Source of the DNA: Pseudovirgaria hyperparasitica
Lineage: Eukaryota
Length of the DNA: 64,000 bases
Assembly: GCA_010093815.1 (NCBI GenBank)
Contig: ML996572.1
Reading direction: 5' to 3' (one strand)
The notes below the pieces were generated by a model. That model was given only the letters and a program-made list of their open reading frames with translations. It ran no database searches and was not told where the DNA came from. Shown here piece by piece: positions 59,665 to 64,000 of this stretch. Each line of letters begins with the position of its first letter. Positions within the stretch are counted from its first letter, which is position 1. Both the position numbers and the translations under genes were made by a program.

Positions 59665-62600
59665 ATGGAGTTCGATAAATTCCATGAAAGGCTGCAAATG
59701 CGACTCAGAGAAGAGAACTTTTCTGAGAAAAGGATCCAGTGTTGCCTCGAGCAATTGCGCCATAATCAATGCGACTCGGTGCAGATGATGGTAACAGAGA
59801 TTCGTCAAGCCTGGGATCAGCGAATTAATGCCTCGAGTCTGGTGTATTCTATCAGACGTTGGTGTGCCCCTTTGTTTCACTTCCAGTGGTCCCTCGATAC
59901 CCTTTCGCAAACTTGCACTCCATTATCTGCCGCTTGGGGTGTCTCAAGGATATTCTTGCAAGTAAATCATCCCCGTAGGATGATTACATGAGTCCCGCTG
60001 AACATCACTAAGGTACTGCACGATCTGACCGACGTACCAGACAGTATTGCAACGAAGTTTGAGTGCTTGCAAGACCACGTCCCCATATTTGAGGCCTACA
60101 AGATTGCGTTCGATGAAGACCCGAATGTCGTTACACACAACGTACTTGTTAGAGTATACGTCGAGTTCTACATAATATTTCTGCAAGTAGAAAAGATTCG
60201 TCTTCGATCCGCAAGTAAGACACACAGCGCCGCCCCTCATATCTCTGATGCTGTAGCAGAGACCAGCTGATGATCTAAGACAGACCCACTCAGACAGCCT
60301 GTGTGCATACTGAAGGCCAGCAAACCATTGATAGACTCACTACAATCCCTCGAGTACTACAAGAATCTCTTGAACGACATGGCTATCCCTCACTTGTTAA
60401 ATGGACAGAGAGAGATGAAAGAAGAACAGAAAGACACGAATAAAACTCTACAGCAGGTAAGGCATGCTCTCGAAAAGTTAGACCAGAGGCTTGAGCTCGA
60501 GCGCAAGAGATCCTTTGGTCGCTATGAGCAACCAAAGACCCTTATATTGATGCGCGACTTCGACCACGATAAGTTTGTTGGTCGTCAAAAAGACTTGGAT
60601 TTTGCGAAACGAACCTTGAGCCGCAGTGATGGGATGAAACGTCGTGTAGGGATTTATGGGCCGTCTGGCATGGGCAAGACTGAGTTTGTGGGTTTGTCTT
60701 CATTACATCGTATCATTTTATTCACGCCTCACGACAGGTGCTTGCGTACAGCAACTTATATTCCGAATATTACGAATACCGCATTTTTCTCGATGCCAGC
60801 AACATCCATGTCCTTTCAAATACTCTCGATTCCGCTTTGATTGGCTTGAACTTATCCGACCACGGCAACGCGAATGCAGATCGGCAAGCGCTAGCATTCC
60901 GAGATTGGGCGTCGAATGCACATGGCTGGCTTTTGATAGTTGACAATATCAAGATCGAGACCCAAGAGTCGGTTCGCCGATTGATGCCAGATGGTGGATC
61001 CACTGGGCACATCTTACTGACCTCGCAGAACAAAGCTATAGTGGCGTCGGTGGTGGCTTCCAGTGATAGCTGCATTCAACTGGAGCCGCCATCACACGAC
61101 GACGCTGTTGAGATGTTCATTGTGACCAGTGATGCACCTCGCTTCTCACGCGACAAAGCTACGATAGGGAAGATCGTCAAGTTCCTTCGATATTTACCGC
61201 ATGCCATAGCTCAGACTGGTGCGAACCGTAGGAACAACGGGTGGAGTTTGGATATGTTGTGGGAGCGATTGTCTAATAACCCGAAACGAGTAAGTCGGAT
61301 ACACTATAAGACACCCATGATATCTGTCTGATCCGTCGTAGGTATTGTCAGGAAGACCAGACGATGGACGAGAATCGATCACCGCATCGCACGATCTAAT
61401 ATTCAACACACTCTCAGATGATGCGCAGAGCTTGCTGCGGGTCATGTCTTTCTTTAGCCCATCTGCAATCCCGACGCTTGAAGACTGCATCGAACGCCGC
61501 GTAAATTCCTCCCTGCACTCGCGAGCTATACACAAAGCAACACCATCAGTGCCGTTGAAAGAACACAAACCAATCGACCAAATCGCAGCTCTTGTGTTGA
61601 ATTGGTCGCGCTTAGAAGGCGCTCTTCAGTGTCTACGCAATGTGTCGATGATACACAACAGTGCTCAATACGTGCTTCATATGCATGACTTCTCGCAGCT
61701 CATGACTCAGATGAGTCTGGAGCCATCACAGTGTGAAGAGTGGACCTCTGCGTGCATTGCTCTTCTTTGCTGGACGTTTCCCGAGCATGATGCTACTTTC
61801 GAGGAGCGCCAAAAGGTTAATGTGTATCTAGCGCAGGCTGAGATACTTCTGAGTAAGTACGATTCGAAAAAGGACGACAAATCTGATGACTCTGTGGCGT
61901 ATGCTACTGAACTGGAAGCCATCGTTGGACAATGCTTGATAAGGAGGCTGAGACAGAAGGATGCACTACACTACCTAAAGCTGTCTCGAGATTCTTACCT
62001 TCATAATCAATGGCAGGATCCCCAGCTCCTTTTGAATGTCACAAGACATATCGGATATGCATATCGTTACGCTGGAAATCTTTACGAGGCCGAAATCGCA
62101 TTTAGAGAAGCGCTACAGCTCTGTGAGAGGTCACATGAAGCTGAGTCAGATGAGATCATCCAAGCAAAAAATGATCTTCTAACAACAATAGAAAGATGCT
62201 GTCGACCTCAGGAGGCCGAGGGTCTTTGTCGCAATCTTCTGCAGTTAGCAACGGCAAAAGGTTATCATGATGATCATCCCGTAACACTTGCCATAACACA
62301 CAACTTGGCACTCTGTCTTTTGAATCAGACAAAGTTTGAGGTTGCCATACAGTTGTCCTTGGAAATCATCAACATCGAAACAGGAGAAGAGCAGGACGGC
62401 TCTAGTCTACTCAGAACTTTTAACAACCTGGGTGTTGCGTATGATTACTCTGGAGACTACGAAAGAGCGGAGAGCTTCTATCGAAGAGCCTTAACGGGCT
62501 TCAAGGAAATGTTTGGCCCACAAGACACTTTCACACTCCGTAATCAAAGCAACCTTTCCTCTGTTCTATTGACATTGGGACGTCTGGATGAAGCAGACGA

Positions 62601-63729
62601 TCTTGCAACGGAAGTTCTTGGGCAGTTTCTCGTATGTACTGGCCATGATGTGTTCGACACTGCAGTCGCTCAGCGGGACAAAGCAGAGGTTCTACGAGTA
62701 AAAGGACGCTTCCTGGAGGCGAAAGAGCTCCTAGTAGCTGCCTTGGGAACAATGCGCGAAGCTTCGGAGTCGCATCCTCTCATCCCTGGTACGATTACAT
62801 CTTTGAGCTTAGTCGAAGGCAATCTCGGTCTCACAGCAGAGGCCCTAGTCCATGCCGAGGAAGCTTTTCAGGCTCGTACGACACATTTTGTGGATTGTAT
62901 CAATGTTGGCACCTTCCAGGCAAACTACTGCTACGCAACGGCCCTCGCTGCAACGGGTTCCACAAAGGAAGCTGCAGTGCTCTTCATGGAGTGCATTGAA
63001 CAATGCCAACGTGTTCTTCCAGAGAATCATCCTTTATGCCTGATGGTCCAGAATAGCTTAGCCTGCCTTACTTGGGCGACTAGCCCACTTGAGTCCTTGA
63101 AACTCCTGCAGGACGTCAAGTCCGGTCTCACTGAAGGTGACGGAGACAGTTCCGGCACAGAGTCGGGGCAGCCTCGCATCCGCGGATTCGGTTCCGACAA
63201 CTATGCGGTACTCATTGTTTCCCTGAACATTGCGCGAATACAGCTCCATATCGGATGCACATCTCAAGCCGAATTTGTAATCGACTCCATGAGAGCAGCA
63301 CTTATTCGTGTATTCGGGTCAGACCATCCCGTCGCACTCGTCTACTATGTCATCCGCGGTCTGATACAGGCTTCCAAGGGTGACAAAGAGGCAACAGAAG
63401 AAGCTTATGAACTTTTCACAGAAGCCGCCACCGGGTTCGAATCAAAGCTATCACCGGATCACATGGTTCATTCATGGACAAGGTGCCTCATGACAAGAGC
63501 ATTACGTTGCCTTGGCCGGTCAAATGAAGCAGCAGCTCTAGAGACTTGGCCGAATGCCCGGGATGAGAAACGCACGCATAATATGTTTCTAGAGGAGCTG
63601 ATGAGTCCGAGAATGGATAACTTTGACTGGGTCCGTTACACTCTATTTCCTTGTGGGGAGACTTTTGTGCATCGACAGTTGCGTAAGACTATGTGTCGAA
63701 CCATATTGCGCGAGATTCCCAGGCTCTAG
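59665..63729 (+). CDS. Fungal NLR-like STAND protein: helical N-terminal domain + NB-ARC + TPR repeats, 5 exons
   Basis: FVGRQKDL; P-loop GIYGPSGMGKTE; Walker B WLLIVDNI; GHILLTSQN; YLPHAIAQTG (GLPLA-like); MHD-like LHMHD; TPR units HPVTLAITHNLA, LRTFNNLGVAY..GDYERAESFYRRAL..FGPQDTFTL, FGSDHP. Introns near 59962-60011, 60215-60283, 60688-60737 and 61290-61341. Confidence 0.9.
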
Positions 63730-64000
63730 GATCCGTCAAGGTCCCAATATTTACATAACATCAAATATGAAAATAAAAAAAAGGTTTTTCATGTATGTCA
63801 TCTATGCCCACATCGACCAGATTACGGTTATAAGCTTGCCATAACTCACGGCGCCGTAGCCCGAGCGGCATCCTTGGTCAGTCGAAGGAATTCGGCGTCC
63901 ACCATCTCCGCCACCATAGACTGTCGACAAGATTAGCCATGAATAATGCTTTTTCGACATTTTAGGGTGTCTTTGCCTCAAGCGAGATTTCTGGTTTCCA

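Noticed and set aside
50286..63729. Metacaspase + NLR as a linked cell-death module
   Set aside because: The metacaspase is the ordinary core Mca1 type, lies ~8 kb away with two unrelated genes between, and no gasdermin, HeLo or amyloid partner is visible.
63715..63729. NLR C-terminal -PRL as a PTS1
   Set aside because: A weak tripeptide variant that is easily found by chance, with no supporting context.

Overview
Eukaryotic, intron-containing fungal genomic DNA from a filamentous ascomycete (Pezizomycotina; Dothideomycete-like is my impression only). Introns have GT-type donors, CTRAC/CTRAY-like branch points and YAG acceptors. I can support 20 protein-coding genes: DNA ligase I-like (cut by the left edge), Ubl-AN1 zinc finger, cytochrome-b5/acyl-CoA dehydrogenase, DUF155 (Rmd1/Mrx10-like), Vps41, QPRTase (BNA6), folliculin/Lst7, Tip20/RINT1, Nop9, group II PLP decarboxylase, GNAT, LCCL membrane protein, WLM/Wss1-like protease, a coiled-coil hypothetical, FHA (SNIP1/Pml1-like), a small LEA-like protein, type-B carboxylesterase, metacaspase, GST and an NB-ARC/TPR NLR-like receptor. 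There is also an orphan proline-rich gene. I recognised no tRNA, rRNA, CRISPR or intact transposon. Three observations stand out. (1) The orphan at 54.9-56.8 kb ends in WH2-like, C-helix-like and acidic-Trp motifs reminiscent of a WASP-family VCA module. (2) Strand-symmetric C-rich-to-G-rich composition switches recur through exons and coincide with a microsatellite-dense block. (3) The NLR sits in an accessory-looking right end and may have an N-domain-only splice form. All homology calls are from motif recognition by eye; no searches were run.
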